In this document: positions 26,501 through 41,800 of the stretch, piece after piece
Layout: every line of letters starts with the position of its first letter
How positions within the stretch are numbered: position 1 is the stretch's first letter
Source of the DNA: Eledone cirrhosa
Taxonomy: Eukaryota
NCBI GenBank assembly: GCA_964016885.1
Contig: CAXHJY010000132.1
Location: forward strand, 125,001 to 189,000
Direction: 5' to 3'
DNA length: 64,000 nt
The notes under the pieces: generated by a model
The model's database searches: none
What the model was told of the DNA's origin: nothing
The model's input: only the letters and a program-made list of their open reading frames with translations
Made by a program: the position numbers and the translations under genes

Positions 26501-29240
26501 ACTTCGTTCTTCACCAAGCTATCTTTCTCTACCTTGTCTTCCCTCAAAACTTCGTTCTTCACCAAGCTATCTTTCCCTACCTTTTTTTCCCCCAAAACTC
26601 CGTTCTTCACCAAACTATCTTTCTCTACCTTGTCTTCCCTCAAAACTTCGTTCTTCACCAAGCTATCTTTCTATACCTTGTCTTCCCTCAAAACTTCGTT
26701 CTTCACCAAGCTATCTTTCTCTACCTTGTCTTCCCTCAAAACTTCGTTCTTGATCAAGCTATCTTTCTCTACCTTGCATTCCCTCAAAACTTCGTTCTTC
26801 ACCAAGCTATCTTTCTCTACCTTGTCTTCCCTCAAAACTTCGTTCTTCACCAAGCTATCTTTCTTTACCTTGTCTTTCCTCAAAACTTCGTTCTTCACCA
26901 AGCTATCTTTCTCTACCTTTTTTCCCCCAAAACTTCGTTCTTCACCAAACTATCTTTCTCTACCTTGTCTTCCCTCAAAACTTCGTTCTTCACCAAGCTA
27001 ACTTTCTCTATCTTGTCTTCCCTCAAAACTTCGTTCTTCACCAAGCTATCTTTCTCTACCTTGTCTTCCCCCAAAACATCGTTCTTCACCAAGCTATCTT
27101 TCTCTACCTTGTCTACCCCCAAAACTTCGTTCTTCACCAAGCTATCTTTCTCTACCTTGTCTTCCCACAAAACTTCGTTCTTCACCAAGCTATCTTTCTC
27201 TACCTTGTCTTCCCACAAAACGTCGTTCTTCACCAAGCTATCTTTCCCTACCTTGTCTTCCCTCAAAACGTCGTTCTTCACCAAGCTATCTTTCTCTACC
27301 CATTCTTCTCTCAAAACTTCGTTCTTCACCAAGCTCTCTTTCTCACCCTTGTCTTCCCTCAAAACTTCGTTCTTCACCAGGCTATCTTTCTCTACCCTGT
27401 CTTCCCCCAAAACTTCGTTCCTCACCAAGCTATCTTTCTCTACCTTCTCTTCCCTCAAAACTTCGTTCTTCACCAAGCTAACTTTCTCTACCTTGTCTTC
27501 CCTCAAAACTTCGTTCTTCATCAAGCAATCTTTCTCTACCTTGTCTTCCCTCAAAACTTCGTTCTTCACCAAGCTATCTTTCTCTACCTTGTCTTCCCTC
27601 AAAACTTCGTTCTTCACCAAGCTATCTTTCCCTACCTTTTTTTCCCCCAAAACTCCGTTCTTCACCAAACTATCTTTCTCTACCTTGTCTTCCCTCAAAA
27701 CTTCGTTCTTCACCAAGCTATCTTTCTATATCTTGTCTTCCCTCAAAACTCCGTTCTTCATCAAGCTATCGTTCTCTACTTTGTCTTCCCTCGAAACGTC
27801 GTTCTTCACCAAGCTATCTTTCTCTACCTTGTCTTCCCTCAAAACTTCGTTCGTTCTTCACCAAGCTATCTTTCTCTACCTTGTCTTCCCCCAAAACTTC
27901 GTTCTTCACAAGCTATCCTTCTCTACCTTGTCTTCCCTCAAAACTTCGTTCTTCACCAAGCTATCTTTCTCTACCTTGTCTTCCCTCAAAACTTCGTTCT
28001 TGATCAAGCTATCTTTCTATACCTTGTCTTCCATCAAAACTTCGTTCTTCACCAAGCTATCTTTCTCTACCTTGTCTTCCCTCAAAACTTCGTTCTTGAT
28101 CAAGCTATCTTTCTATACCTTGTCTTCCCTCAAAACGTCGTTCTTCACCAAGCTATCTTTCTCTACCTTGTCTTCCCTCAAAACTTCGTTCGTTCTTCAC
28201 CAAGCTATCTTTCTCTACCTTGTCTTCCCCCAAAACTTCGTTCTTCACAAGCTATCTTTCTCTACCTTGTCTTCCCTCAAAACTTCGTTCTTGATCAAGC
28301 TATCTTTCTCTACCTTGCATTCCCTCAAAACTTCGTTCTTCACCAAGCTATCTTTCCCTACCTTTTTTTCCCCCAAAACTCCGTTCTTCACCAAACTATC
28401 TTTCTCTACCTTGTCTTCCCTCAAAACTTCGTTCTTCACCAAGCTATCTTTCTCTATCTTGTCTCCAATCAAAACTTCGTTCTTCACCAAGCTATCTTTC
28501 TCTACCTTGTCTTCCCTCAAAACTTCGTTCTTCACCAAGCTATCTTTCCCTACCTTTTTTTCCCCCAAAACTCCGTTCTTCACCAAACTATCTTTCTCTA
28601 CCTTGTCTTCCCTCAAAACTTCGTTCTTCACCAAGCTATCTTTCTATACCTTGTCTTCCCTCAAAACTTCGTTCTTCACCAAGCTATCTTTCTCTACCTT
28701 GTCTTCCCTCAAAACTTCGTTCTTGATCAAGCTATCTTTCTCTACCTTGCATTCCCTCAAAACTTCGTTCTTCACCAAGCTATCTTTCTCTACCTTGTCT
28801 TCCCTCAAAACTTCGTTCTTCACCAAGCTATCTTTCTTTACCTTGTCTTTCCTCAAAACTTCGTTCTTCACCAAGCTATCTTTCTCTACCTTTTTTCCCC
28901 CAAAACTTCGTTCTTCACCAAACTATCTTTCTCTACCTTGTCTTCCCTCAAAACTTCGTTCTTCACCAAGCTAACTTTCTCTATCTTGTCTTCCCTCAAA
29001 ACTTCGTTCTTCACCAAGCTATCTTTCTCTACCTTGTCTTCCCCCAAAACATCGTTCTTCACCAAGCTATCTTTCTCTACCTTGTCTTCCCTCAAAACTT
29101 CGTTATTCACCAAGCTATCTTTCTCTACCTTGCCTTCCTGCAAAACTTCGTTCTCCATCAAGCTATCTTTCTCTACTTTGTCTTCCCTCAAAACGTCGTT
29201 CTTCACCAAGCTATCTTTCTCTACCTTGTCTTCCCTCAAA
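20590..29240. repeat. Higher-order repeat, offset 3905 bp with an internal 1973-bp period
   Basis: ORF pairs 20940/24845, 21068/24973, 22367/26272 and 23008/26913 differ by 3905. Pairs 26272/28245 and ORF ends 21838/23811 and 25743/27716 differ by 1973. Shared rare variants are TCTCCAATC, AAGCAATC, TCTCACCC and a T6 instead of T7 run. Confidence 0.92.
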
Positions 29241-32200
29241 ACTTCGTTCGTTCTTCACCAAGATATCTTTCTCTACCTTGTCTTCCCCCAAAACTTCGTT
29301 CTTCACCAAGCTATCTTTCTATACCTTGTCTTCCCTCAAAACTTCGTTCTTCACCAAGCTATCTTTCTCTACCTTGTCTTCCCTCAAAACTTCGTTCTTG
29401 ATCAAGCTATCTTTCTCTACCTTGCATTCCCTCAAAACTTCGTTCTTCACCAAGCTATCTTTCTCTACCTTGTCTTCCCTCAAAACTTCGTTCTTCACCA
29501 AGCTATCTTTCTCTACCTTGTCTTCCCTCAAATCTTCGTTCTTCACCAAGCTATCTTTCTCTACCTTTTTTTCCCCCAAAACTTCGTTCTTCACCAAACT
29601 ATCTTTCTCTACCTTGTCTTCCCTCAAAACTTCGTTCTTCACCAAGCTATCTTTCTCTATCGTGTCTTCCCTCAAAACTCCGTTCTTCATCAAGCTATCG
29701 TTCTCTACTTTGTCTTCCCTCGAAACGTCGTTCTTCACCAAGCTATCTTTCTCTACCTTGTCTTCCCTCAAAACTTCGTTCGTTCTTCACCAAGATATCT
29801 TTCTCTACCTTGTCTTCCCCCAAAACTTCGTTCTTCACAAGCTATCTTTCTATACCTTGTCTTCCCTCAAAACTTCGTTCTTCACCAAGCTATCTTTCTC
29901 TACCTTGTCTTCCCTCAAAACTTCGTTCTTGATCAAGCTATCTTTCTCTACCTTGCATTCCCTCAAAACTTCGTTCTTCACCAAGCTATCTTTCTCTACC
30001 TTGTCTTCCCTCAAAACTTCGTTCTTCACCAAGCTATCTTTCTTTACCTTGTCTTTCCTCAAAACTTCGTTCTTCACCAAGCTATCTTTCTCTACCTTTT
30101 TTCCCCCAAAACTTCGTTCTTCACCAAACTATCTTTCTCTACCTTGTCTTCCCTCAAAACTTCGTTCTTCACCAAGCTAACTTTCTCTATCTTGTCTTCC
30201 CTCAAAACTTCGTTCTTCACCAAGCTATCTTTCTCTACCTTGTCTTCCCCCAAAACATCGTTCTTCACCAAGCTATCTTTCTCTACCTTGTCTTCCCTCA
30301 AAACTTCGTTATTCACCAAGCTATCTTTCTCTACCTTGCCTTCCTGCAAAACTTCGTTCTCCATCAAGCTATCTTTCTCTACTTTGTCTTCCCTCAAAAC
30401 GTCGTTCTTCACCAAGCTATCTTTCTCTACCTTGTCTTCCCTCAAAACTCCGTTCGTTCTTCACCAAGCTATCTTTCTCTACATTGTCTTCCCCCAAAAC
30501 TTCGTTCTTCACATGCTATCCTTCTCTACCTTGTCTTCCCTCAAAACTTCGTTCTTCACCAAGCTATCTTTCTCTACCTTGTCTTCCCTCAAAACTTCGT
30601 TCTTCACCAAGCTATCTTTCTCTACTTTGTCTTCCCTCAACACATCGTTCGTTCTTCATCAAGCTATCTTTCTCTACCTTGTCTTCCCTCAAGACTTCGT
30701 TCGTCACCAAGCTATCTTTCTCTACATTGTCTTCCCCCAAAACTTCTTTCTTCACCAAGCTATCTTTCTCTACCTTGTCTTCCCACAAAACTTCGTTCTT
30801 CACCAAGCTATCTTTCTCTACCTTGTCTTCCCACAAAACGTCGTTCTTCACCAAGCTATCTTTCCCTACCTTGTCTTCCCTCAAAACGTCGTTCTTCACC
30901 AAGCTATCTTTCTCTACCCATTCTTCTCTCAAAACTTCGTTCTTCACCAAGCTCTCTTTCTCACCCTTGTCTTCCCTCAAAACTTCGTTCTTCACCAGGC
31001 TATCTTTCTCTACCCTGTCTTCCCCCAAAACTTCGTTCCTCACCAAGCTATCTTTCTCTACCTTCTCTTCCCTCAAAACTTCGTTCTTCACCAAGCTAAC
31101 TTTCTCTACCTTGTCTTCCCTCAAAACTTCGTTCTTCATCAAGCAATCTTTCTCTACCTTGTCTTCCCTCAAAACTTCGTTCTTCACCAAGCTATCTTTC
31201 TCTACCTTGTCTTCCCTCAAAACTTCGTTCTTCACCAAGCTATCTTTCCCTACCTTTTTTTCCCCCAAAACTCCGTTCTTCACCAAACTATCTTTCTCTA
31301 CCTTGTCTTCCCTCAAAACTTCGTTCTTCACCAAGCTATCTTTCTATATCTTGTCTTCCCTCAAAACTCCGTTCTTCATCAAGCTATCGTTCTCTACTTT
31401 GTCTTCCCTCGAAACGTCGTTCTTCACCAAGCTATCTTTCTCTACCTTGTCTTCCCTCAAAACTTCGTTCGTTCTTCACCAAGCTATCTTTCTCTACCTT
31501 GTCTTCCCCCAAAACTTCGTTCTTCACAAGCTATCCTTCTCTACCTTGTCTTCCCTCAAAACTTCGTTCTTCACCAAGCTATCTTTCTCTACCTTGTCTT
31601 CCCTCAAAACTTCGTTCTTGATCAAGCTATCTTTCTATACCTTGTCTTCCATCAAAACTTCGTTCTTCACCAAGCTATCTTTCTCTACCTTGTCTTCCCT
31701 CAAAACTTCGTTCTTGATCAAGCTATCTTTCTATACCTTGTCTTCCCTCAAAACGTCGTTCTTCACCAAGCTATCTTTCTCTACCTTGTCTTCCCTCAAA
31801 ACTTCGTTCGTTCTTCACCAAGCTATCTTTCTCTACCTTGTCTTCCCCCAAAACTTCGTTCTTCACAAGCTATCTTTCTCTACCTTGTCTTCCCTCAAAA
31901 CTTCGTTCTTGATCAAGCTATCTTTCTCTACCTTGCATTCCCTCAAAACTTCGTTCTTCACCAAGCTATCTTTCCCTACCTTTTTTTCCCCCAAAACTCC
32001 GTTCTTCACCAAACTATCTTTCTCTACCTTGTCTTCCCTCAAAACTTCGTTCTTCACCAAGCTATCTTTCTCTATCTTGTCTTCCATCAAAACTTCGTTC
32101 TTCACCAAGCTATCTTTCTCTACCTTGTCTTCCCTCAAAACTTCGTTCTTCACCAAGCTATCTTTCCCTACCTTTTTTTCCCCCAAAACTCCGTTCTTCA

Positions 32201-35200
32201 CCAAACTATCTTTCTCTACCTTGTCTTCCCTCAAAACTTCGTTCTTCACCAAGCTATCTTTCTCTATCTTGTCTCCCCTCAAAACTCCGTTCTTCATCAA
32301 GCTATCGTTCTCTACTTTGTCTTCCCTCGAAACGTCGTTCTTCACCAAGCTATCCTTCTCTACCTTGTCTTCCCTCAAAACTTCGTTCGTTCTTCACCAA
32401 GCTATCTTTCTCTACCTTGTCTTCCCTCAAAACTTCGTTCTTCACCAAGCTATCTTTCTCTACCTTGCATTCCCTGAAAACTTCGTTCTTCACCAAGCTA
32501 TCTTTCTCTACCTTGTCTTCCCTCAAAACTTCGTTCTTCACCAAGCTATCTTTCTCTACCTTGTCTTCCCTCAAAACTTCGTTCTTCACAAGCTATCCTT
32601 CTCTACCTTGTCTTCGCTCAAAACTTCGTTCTTCACCAAGCTATCTTTCTCTACCTTGTCTTCCCTCAAAACTTCGTTCTTCACCAAGCTATCTTTCTCT
32701 ACTTTGTCTTCCCTCAAAACATCGTTCGTTCTTCATCAAGCTATCTTTCTCTACCTTGTCTTCCCTCAAGACTTCGTTCGTCACCAAGCTATCTTTCTCT
32801 ACATTGTCTTCCCCCAAAACTTCGTTCTTCATCAAGCTATCTTTCTCTACCTTGTCTTCCCTCAAAACGTCGTTCTTCACCAAGCTATCTTTCTCTACCT
32901 TGTCTTCCCCCAAAACTTCGTTCTTCACCAAGCTATCTTTCTCTACCTTGTCTACCCCCAAAACTTCGTTCTTCACCAAGCTATCTTTCTCTACCTTGTC
33001 TTCCCACAAAACTTCATTCTTCACCAAGCTATCTTTCTCTACCTTGTCTTCCCACAAAACGTCGTTCTTCACCAAGCTATCTTTCCCTACCTTGACTTCC
33101 GTCAAAACTTCGTTCTTCACCAAGCTATCTTTCTCTACCTTGTCTTCCCTCAAAACTTCGTTCTTCACCAAGCTATCTTTCTCTATCTTGTCTTCCCTCA
33201 AAACTCCGTTCTTCATCAAGCTATCGTTCTCTACTTTGTCTTCCCTCAAAACGTCGTTCTTCACCAAGCTATCTTTCTCTACCTTGTCTTCCCTCAAAAC
33301 TTCGTTCGTTCTTCACCAAGCTATCTTTCTCTACCTTGTCTTCCCCCAAAACTTCGTTCTTCACAAGCTATCCTTCTCTACCTTGTCTTCCCTCAAAACT
33401 TCGTTCTTCACCAAGCTATCTTTCTCTACCTTGTCTTCCCTCAAAATTTCGTTCTTGATCAAGCTATCTTTCTCTACCTTGCATTCCCTCAAAACTTCGT
33501 TCTTCACCAAGCTATCTTTCTCTACCTTGTCTTCCCTCAAAACTTCGTTCTTCACCAAGCTATCTTTCTCTACATTGTCTTCCCCCAAAACTTCGTTCTT
33601 CATCAAGCTATCTTTCTCTACCTTGTCTTCCCTCAAAACGTCGTTCTTCACCAAGCTATCTTTCTCTACCTTGTCTTCCCACACAACTTCGTTCTTCACC
33701 AAGCTATCTTTCTCTACCTTGTCTACCCCCAAAACTTCGTTCTTCACCAAGCTATCTTTCTCTACCTTGTCTTCCCACAAAACTTCGTTCTTCACCAAGC
33801 TATCTTTCTCTACCTTGTCTTCCCACAAAACGTCGTTCTTCACCAAGCTATCTTTCCCTACCTTGTCTTCCCTCAAAACGTCGTTCTTCACCAAGCTATC
33901 TTTCTCTACCTTGACTTCCCTCAAAACTTCGTTCTTCACCAAGCTATCTTTCTCTACCTTGTCTTCCCTCAAAACTTCGTTCTTCACCAAGCTATCTTTC
34001 TCTATCTTGTCTTCCCTCAAAACTCCGTTCTTCATCAAGCTATCGTTCTCTACTTTGTCTTCCCTCAAAACGTCGTTCTTCACCAAGCTATCTTTCTCTA
34101 CCTTGTCTTCCCTCAAAACTTCGTTCGTTCTTCACCAAGCTATCTTTCTCTACCTTGTCTTCCCCCAAAACCTCGTTCTTCACAAGCTATCTTTCTCTAC
34201 CTTGTCTTCCCTCAAAACTTCGTTCTTGATCAAGCTATCTTTCTCTACCTTGCATTCCCTCAAAACTTCGTTCTTCACCAAGCTATCTTTCCCTACCTTT
34301 TTTTCCCCCAAAACTCCGTTCTTCACCAAACTATCTTTCTCTACCTTGTCTTCCCTCAAAACTTCGTTCTTCACCAAGCTATCTTTCTCTATCTTGTCTT
34401 CCATCAAAACTTCGTTCTTCACCAAGCTATCTTTCTCTACCTTGTCTTCCCTCAAAACTTCGTTCTTCACCAAGCTATCTTTCTCTATCTTGTCTTCCCT
34501 CAAAACTCCGTTCTTCATCAAGCTATCGTTCTCTACTTTGTCTTCCCTCGAAACGTCGTTCTTCACCAAGCTATCTTTCCCTACCTTGACTTCCGTCAAA
34601 ACTTCGTTCTTCACCAAGCTATCTTTCTCTACCTTGTCTTCCCTCAAAACTTCGTTCTTCACCAAGCTATCTTTCTCTATCTTGTCTTCCCTCAAAACTC
34701 CGTTCTTCATCAAGCTATCGTTCTCTACTTTGTCTTCCCTCAAAACGTCGTTCTTCACCAAGCTATCTTTCTCTACCTTGTCTTCCCTCAAAACTTCGTT
34801 CGTTCTTCACCAAGCTATCTTTCTCTACCTTGTCTTCCCCCAAAACTTCGTTCTTCACAAGCTATCCTTCTCTACCTTGTCTTCCCTCAAAACTTCGTTC
34901 TTCACCAAGCTATCTTTCTCTACCTTGTCTTCCCTCAAAATTTCGTTCTTGATCAAGCTATCTTTCTCTACCTTGCATTCCCTCAAAACTTCGTTCTTCA
35001 CCAAGCTATCTTTCTCTACCTTGTCTTCCCTCAAAACTTCGTTCTTCACCAAGCTATCTTTCTCTACATTGTCTTCCCCCAAAACTTCGTTCTTCATCAA
35101 GCTATCTTTCTCTACCTTGTCTTCCCTCAAAACGTCGTTCTTCACCAAGCTATCTTTCTCTACCTTGTCTTCCCACACAACTTCGTTCTTCATCAAGCTA

Positions 35201-35889
35201 TCTTTCTCTACCTTGTCTTCCCTCAAAACGTCGTTCTTCACCAAGCTATCTTTCTCTACCTTGTCTTCCCCCAAAACTTCGTTCTTCACCAAGCTATCTT
35301 TCTCTACCTTGTCTACCCCCAAAACTTCGTTCTTCACCAAGCTATCTTTCTCTACCTTGTCTTCCCACAAAACTTCGTTCTTCACCAAGCTATCTTTCTC
35401 TACCTTGTCTTCCCACAAAACGTCGTTCTTCACCAAGCTATCTTTCCCTACCTTGTCTTCCCTCAAAACGTCGTTCTTCACCAAGCTATCTTTCTCTACC
35501 TTGACTTCCCTCAAAACTTCGTTCTTCACCAAGCTATCTTTCTCTACCTTGTCTTCCCTCAAAACTTCGTTCTTCACCAAGCTATCTTTCTCTATCTTGT
35601 CTTCCCTCAAAACTCCGTTCTTCATCAAGCTATCGTTCTCTACTTTGTCTTCCCTCAAAACGTCGTTCTTCACCAAGCTATCTTTCTCTACCTTGTCTTC
35701 CCTCAAAACTTCGTTCGTTCTTCACCAAGCTATCTTTCTCTACCTTGTCTTCCCCCAAATCTTCGTTCTTCATCAAGCTATCGTTCTCTACTTTGTCTTC
35801 CCTCAAAACGTCGTTCTTCACCAAGCTATCTTTCTCTACCTTGTCTTCCCTCAAAACTTCGTTCGTTCTTCACCAAGCTATCTTTCTCT

Positions 35890-38800
35890 ACCTTGTCTTC
35901 CCCCAAAACCTCGTTCTTCACAAGCTATCTTTCTCTACCTTGTCTTCCCTCAAAACTTCGTTCTTGATCAAGCTATCTTTCTCTACCTTGCATTCCCTCA
36001 AAACTTCGTTCTTCACCAAGCTATCTTTCCCTACCTTTTTTTCCCCCAAAACTCCGTTCTTCACCAAACTATCTTTCTCTACCTTGTCTTCCCTCAAAAC
36101 TTCGTTCTTCACCAAGCTATCTTTCTCTATCTTGTCTTCCATCAAAACTTCGTTCTTCACCAAGCTATCTTTCTCTACCTTGTCTTCCCTCAAAACTTCG
36201 TTCTTCACCAAGCTATCTTTCCCTACCTTTTTTTCCCCCAAAACTCCGTTCTTCACCAAACTATATTTCTCTACCTTGTCTTCCCTCAAAACTTCGTTCT
36301 TCACCAAGCTATCTTTCTCTATCTTGTCTTCCCTCAAAACTCCGTTCTTCATCAAGCTATCGTTCTCTACTTTGTCTTCCCTCGAAACGTCGTTCTTCAC
36401 CAAGCTATCTTTCTCTACCTTGTCTTCCCTCAAAACTTCGTTCGTTCTTCACCAAGCTATCTTTCTCTACCTTGTCTTCCCTCAAAACTTCGTTCTTCAC
36501 CAAGCTATCTTTCTCTACCTTGCATTCCCTCAAAACTTCGTTCTTCACCAAGCTATCTTTCTCTACCTTGTCTTCCCTCAAAACTTCGTTCTTCACCAAA
36601 CTATCTTTCTCTACCTTGTCTTCCCTCAAAACTTCGTTCTTCACCAAGCTATCTTTCTCTATCTTGTCTTCCATCAAAACTTCGTTCTTCACCAAGCTAT
36701 CTTTCTCTACCTTGTCTTCCCTCAAAACTTCGTTCTTCACCAAGCTATCTTTCCCTACCTTTTTTTCCCCCAAAACTCCGTTCTTCACCAAACTATCTTT
36801 CTCTACCTTGTCTTCCCTCAAAACTTCGTTCTTCACCAAGCTATCTTTCTCTATCTTGTCTTCCCTCAAAACTCCGTTCTTCATCAAGCTATCGTTCTCT
36901 ACTTTGTCTTCCCTCGAAACGTCGTTCTTCACCAAGCTATCTTTCTCTACCTTGTCTTCCCTCAAAACTTCGTTCGTTCTTCACCAAGCTATCTTTCTCT
37001 ACCTTGTCGTCCCTCAAAACTTCGTTCTTCACCAAGCTATCTTTCTCTACCTTGTCTTCCCTCAAAACTTCGTTCTTGATCAAGCTATCTTTCTCTACCT
37101 TGCATTCCCTCAAAACTTCGTTCTTCACCAAGCTATCTTTCTCTACCTTGTCTTCCCTCAAAACTTCGTTCTTCACCAAGCTATCTTTCTCTACCTTGTC
37201 TTCCCTCAAAACTTCGTTCTTCACAAGCTATCCTTCTCTACCTTGTCTTCGCTCAAAACTTCGTTCTTCACCAAGCTATCTTTCTCTACCTTGTCTTCCC
37301 TCAAAACTTCGTTCTTCACCAAGCTATCTTTCTCTACTTTGTCTTCCCTCAAAACATCGTTCGTTCTTCATCAAGCTATCTTTCTCTACCTTGTCTTCCC
37401 TCAAGACTTCGTTCGTCACCAAGCTATCTTTCTCTACATTGTCTTCCCCCAAAACTTCGTTCTTCATCAAGCTATCTTTCTCTACCTTGTCTTCCCTCAA
37501 AACGTCGTTCTTCACCAAGCTATCTTTCTCTACCTTGTCTTCCCACACAACTTCGTTCTTCATCAAGCTATCTTTCTCTACCTTGTCTTCCCTCAAAACG
37601 TCGTTCTTCACCAAGCTATCTTTCTCTACCTTGTCTTCCCCCAAAACTTCGTTCTTCACCAAGCTATCTTTCTCTACCTTGTCTACCCCCAAAACTTCGT
37701 TCTTCACCAAGCTATCTTTCTCTACCTTGTCTTCCCACAAAACTTCGTTCTTCACCAAGCTATCTTTCTCTACCTTGTCTTCCCACAAAACGTCGTTCTT
37801 CACCAAGCTATCTTTCCCTACCTTGTCTTCCCTCAAAACGTCGTTCTTCACCAAGCTATCTTTCTCTACCTTGACTTCCCTCAAAACTTCGTTCTTCACC
37901 AAGCTATCTTTCTCTACCTTGTCTTCCCTCAAAACTTCGTTCTTCACCAAGCTATCTTTCTCTATCTTGTCTTCCCTCAAAACTCCGTTCTTCATCAAGC
38001 TATCGTTCTCTACTTTGTCTTCCCTCAAAACGTCGTTCTTCACCAAGCTATCTTTCTCTACCTTGTCTTCCCTCAAAACTTCGTTCGTTCTTCACCAAGC
38101 TATCTTTCTCTACCTTGTCTTCCCCCAAAACTTCGTTCTTCATCAAGCTATCGTTCTCTACTTTGTCTTCCCTCAAAACGTCGTTCTTCACCAAGCTATC
38201 TTTCTCTACCTTGTCTTCCCTCAAAACTTCGTTCGTTCTTCACCAAGCTATCTTTCTCTACCTTGTCTTCCCCCAAAACCTCGTTCTTCACAAGCTATCT
38301 TTCTCTACCTTGTCTTCCCTCAAAACTTCGTTCTTGATCAAGCTATCTTTCTCTACCTTGCATTCCCTCAAAACTTCGTTCTTCACCAAGCTATCTTTCC
38401 CTACCTTTTTTTCCCCCAAAACTCCGTTCTTCACCAAAATATCTTTCTCTACCTTGTCTTCCCTCAAAACTTCGTCTTCACCAAGCTATCTTTCTCTATC
38501 TTGTCTTCCATCAAAACTTTGTTCTTCACCAAGCTATCTTTCTCTACCTTGTCTTCCCTCAAAACTTCGTTCTTCACCAAGCTATCTTTCCCTACCTTTT
38601 TTTCCCCCAAAACTCCGTTCTTCACCAAACTATATTTCTCTACCTTGTCTTCCCTCAAAACTTCGTTCTTCACCAAGCTATCTTTCTCTATCTTGTCTTC
38701 CCTCAAAACTCCGTTCTTCATCAAGCTATCGTTCTCTACTTTGTCTTCCCTCAAAACGTCGTTCTTCACCAAGCTATCTTTCTCTACCTTGTCTTCCCTC

Positions 38801-41800
38801 AAAACTTCGTTCGTTCTTCACTAAGCTATCTTTCTCTACCTTGTCTTCCCCCAAAACCTCGTTCTTCACAAGCTATCTTTCTCTACCTTGTCTTCCCTCA
38901 AAACTTCGTTCTTGATCAAGCTATCTTTCTCTACCTTGCATTCCCTCAAAACTTCGTTCTTCACCAAGCTATCTTTCCCTACCTTTTTTTCCCCCAAAAC
39001 TCCGTTCTTCACCAAACTATCTTTCTCTACCTTGTCTTCCCTCAAAACTTCGTTCTTCACCAAGCTATCTTTCTCTATCTTGTCTTCCATCAAAACTTTG
39101 TTCTTCACCAGGCTATCTTTCTCTACCTTGTCTTCCCTCAAAACTTCGTTCTTCACCAAGCTATCTTTCTCTACCTTGTCTTCCCCCAAAACTTCGTTCT
39201 TCACCAAGCTATCTTTCTCTACCTTGTCTTCCCTCAAAACGTCGTTCTTCACCAAGCTATCTTTCTCTACCTTGTCTTCCCTCAAAACTTCGTTCGTTCT
39301 TCACCAAGCTATCTTTCTCTACCTTGTCTTCCCTCAAAACTTCGTTCTTCACCAAGCTATCTTTCTCTACCTTGTCTTCCCTCAAAACTTCGTTCTTGAT
39401 CAAGCTATCTTTCTCTACCTTGCATTCCCTCAAAACTTCGTTCTTCACCAAGCTATCTTTCTCTACCTTGTCTTCCCTCAAAACTTCGTTCTTCACCAAG
39501 CTATCTTTCTCTACCTTGTCTTCCCTCAAAACTTCGTTCTTCACAAGCTATCCTTCTCTACCTTGTCTTCGCTCAAAACTTCGTTCTTCACCAAGCTATC
39601 TTTCTCTACCTTGTCTTCCCTCAAAACTTCGTTCTTCACCAAGCTATCTTTCTCTACTTTGTCTTCCCTCAAAACATCGTTCGTTCTTCATCAAGCTATC
39701 TTTCTCTACCTTGTCTTCCCTCAAGACTTCGTTCGTCACCAAGCTATCTTTCTCTACATTGTCTTCCCCCAAAACTTCGTTCTTCACCAAGCTATCTTTC
39801 TCTACCTTGTCTTCCCTCAAAACTTCGTTCTTCACCAAGCTATCTTTCTCTATCTTGTCTTCCATCAAAACTTTGTTCTTCACCAAGCTATCTTTCTCTA
39901 CCTTGTCTTCCCTCAAAACTTCGTTCTTCACCAAGCTATCTTTCCCTACCATTTTTTCCCCCAAAACTCCGTTCTTCACCAAACTATATTTCTCTACCTT
40001 GTCTTCCCTCAAAACTTCGTTCTTCACCAAGCTATCTTTCTCTACCTTGTCTTCCCTCAAAACTTCGTTCGTTCTTCACCAAGCTATCTTTCTCTACCTT
40101 GTCTTCCCTCAAAACTTCGTTCTTCACCAAGCTATCTTTCTCTACCTTGTCTTCCCTCAAAACTTCGTTCTTGATCAAGCTATCTTTCTCTACCTTGCAT
40201 TCCCTCAAAACTTCGTTCTTCACCAAGCTATCTTTCTCTACCTTGTCTTCCCTCAAAACTTCGTTCTTCACCAAACTATCTTTCTCTACCTTGTCTTCCC
40301 TCAAAACTTCGTTCTTCACCAAGCTATCTTTCTCTATCTTGTCTTCCATCAAAACTTCGTTCTTCACCAAGCTATCTTTCTCTACCTTGTCTTCCCTCAA
40401 AACTTCGTTCTTCACCAAGCTATCTTTCCCTACCTTTTTTTCCCCCAAAACTCCGTTCTTCACCAAACTATCTTTCTCTACCTTGTCTTCCCTCAAAACT
40501 TCGTTCTTCACCAAGCTATCTTTCTCTATCTTGTCTTCCCTCAAAACTCCGTTCTTCATCAAGCTATCGTTCTCTACTTTGTCTTCCCTCGAAACGTCGT
40601 TCTTCACCAAGCTATCTTTCTCTACCTTGTCTTCCCTCAAAACTTCGTTCGTTCTTCACCAAGCTATCTTTCTCTACCTTGTCTTCCCTCAAAACTTCGT
40701 TCTTCACCAAGCTATCTTTCTCTACCTTGTCTTCCCCCAAAACCTCGTTCTTCACAAGCTATCTTTCTCTACCTTGTCTTCCCTCAAAACTTCGTTCTTG
40801 ATCAAGCTATCTTTCTCTACCTTGCATTCCCTCAAAACTTCGTTCTTCACCAAGCTATCTTTCCCTACCTTTTTTTCCCCCAAAACTCCGTTCTTCACCA
40901 AACTATCTTTCTCTACCTTGTCTTCCCTCAAAACTTCGTTCTTCACCAAGCTATCTTTCTCTATCTTGTCTTCCATCAAAACTTCGTTCTTCACCAAGCT
41001 ATCTTTCTCTACCTTGTCTTCCCTCAAAACTTCGTTCTTCACCAAGCTATCTTTCCCTACCTTTTTTTCCCCCAAAACTCCGTTCTTCACCAAACTATAT
41101 TTCTCTACCTTGTCTTCCCTCAAAACTTCGTTCTTCACCAAGCTATCTTTCTCTATCTTGTCTTCCCTCAAAACTCCGTTCTTCATCAAGCTATCGTTCT
41201 CTACTTTGTCTTCCCTCGAAACGTCGTTCTTCACCAAGCTATCTTTCTCTACCTTGTCTTCCCTCAAAACTTCGTTCGTTCTTCACCAAGCTATCTTTCT
41301 CTACCTTGTCTTCCCTCAAAACTTCGTTCTTCACCAAGCTATCTTTCTCTACCTTGTCTTCCCTCAAAACTTCGTTCTTGATCAATCTATCTTTCTCTAC
41401 CTTGCATTCCCTCAAAACTTCGTTCTTCACCAAGCTATCTTTCTCTACCTTGTCTTCCCTCAAAACTTCGTTCTTCACCAAACTATCTTTCTCTACCTTG
41501 TCTTCCCTCAAAACTTCGTTCTTCACCAAGCTATCTTTCTCTATCTTGTCTTCCATCAAAACTTCGTTCTTCACCAAGCTATCTTTCTCTACCTTGTCTT
41601 CCCTCAAAACTTCGTTCTTCACCAAGCTATCTTTCCCTACCTTTTTTTCCCCCAAAACTCCGTTCTTCACCAAACTATCTTTCTCTACCTTGTCTTCCCT
41701 CAAAACTTCGTTCTTCACCAAGCTATCTTTCTCTATCTTGTCTTCCCTCAAAACTCCGTTCTTCATCAAGCTATCGTTCTCTACTTTGTCTTCCCTCGAA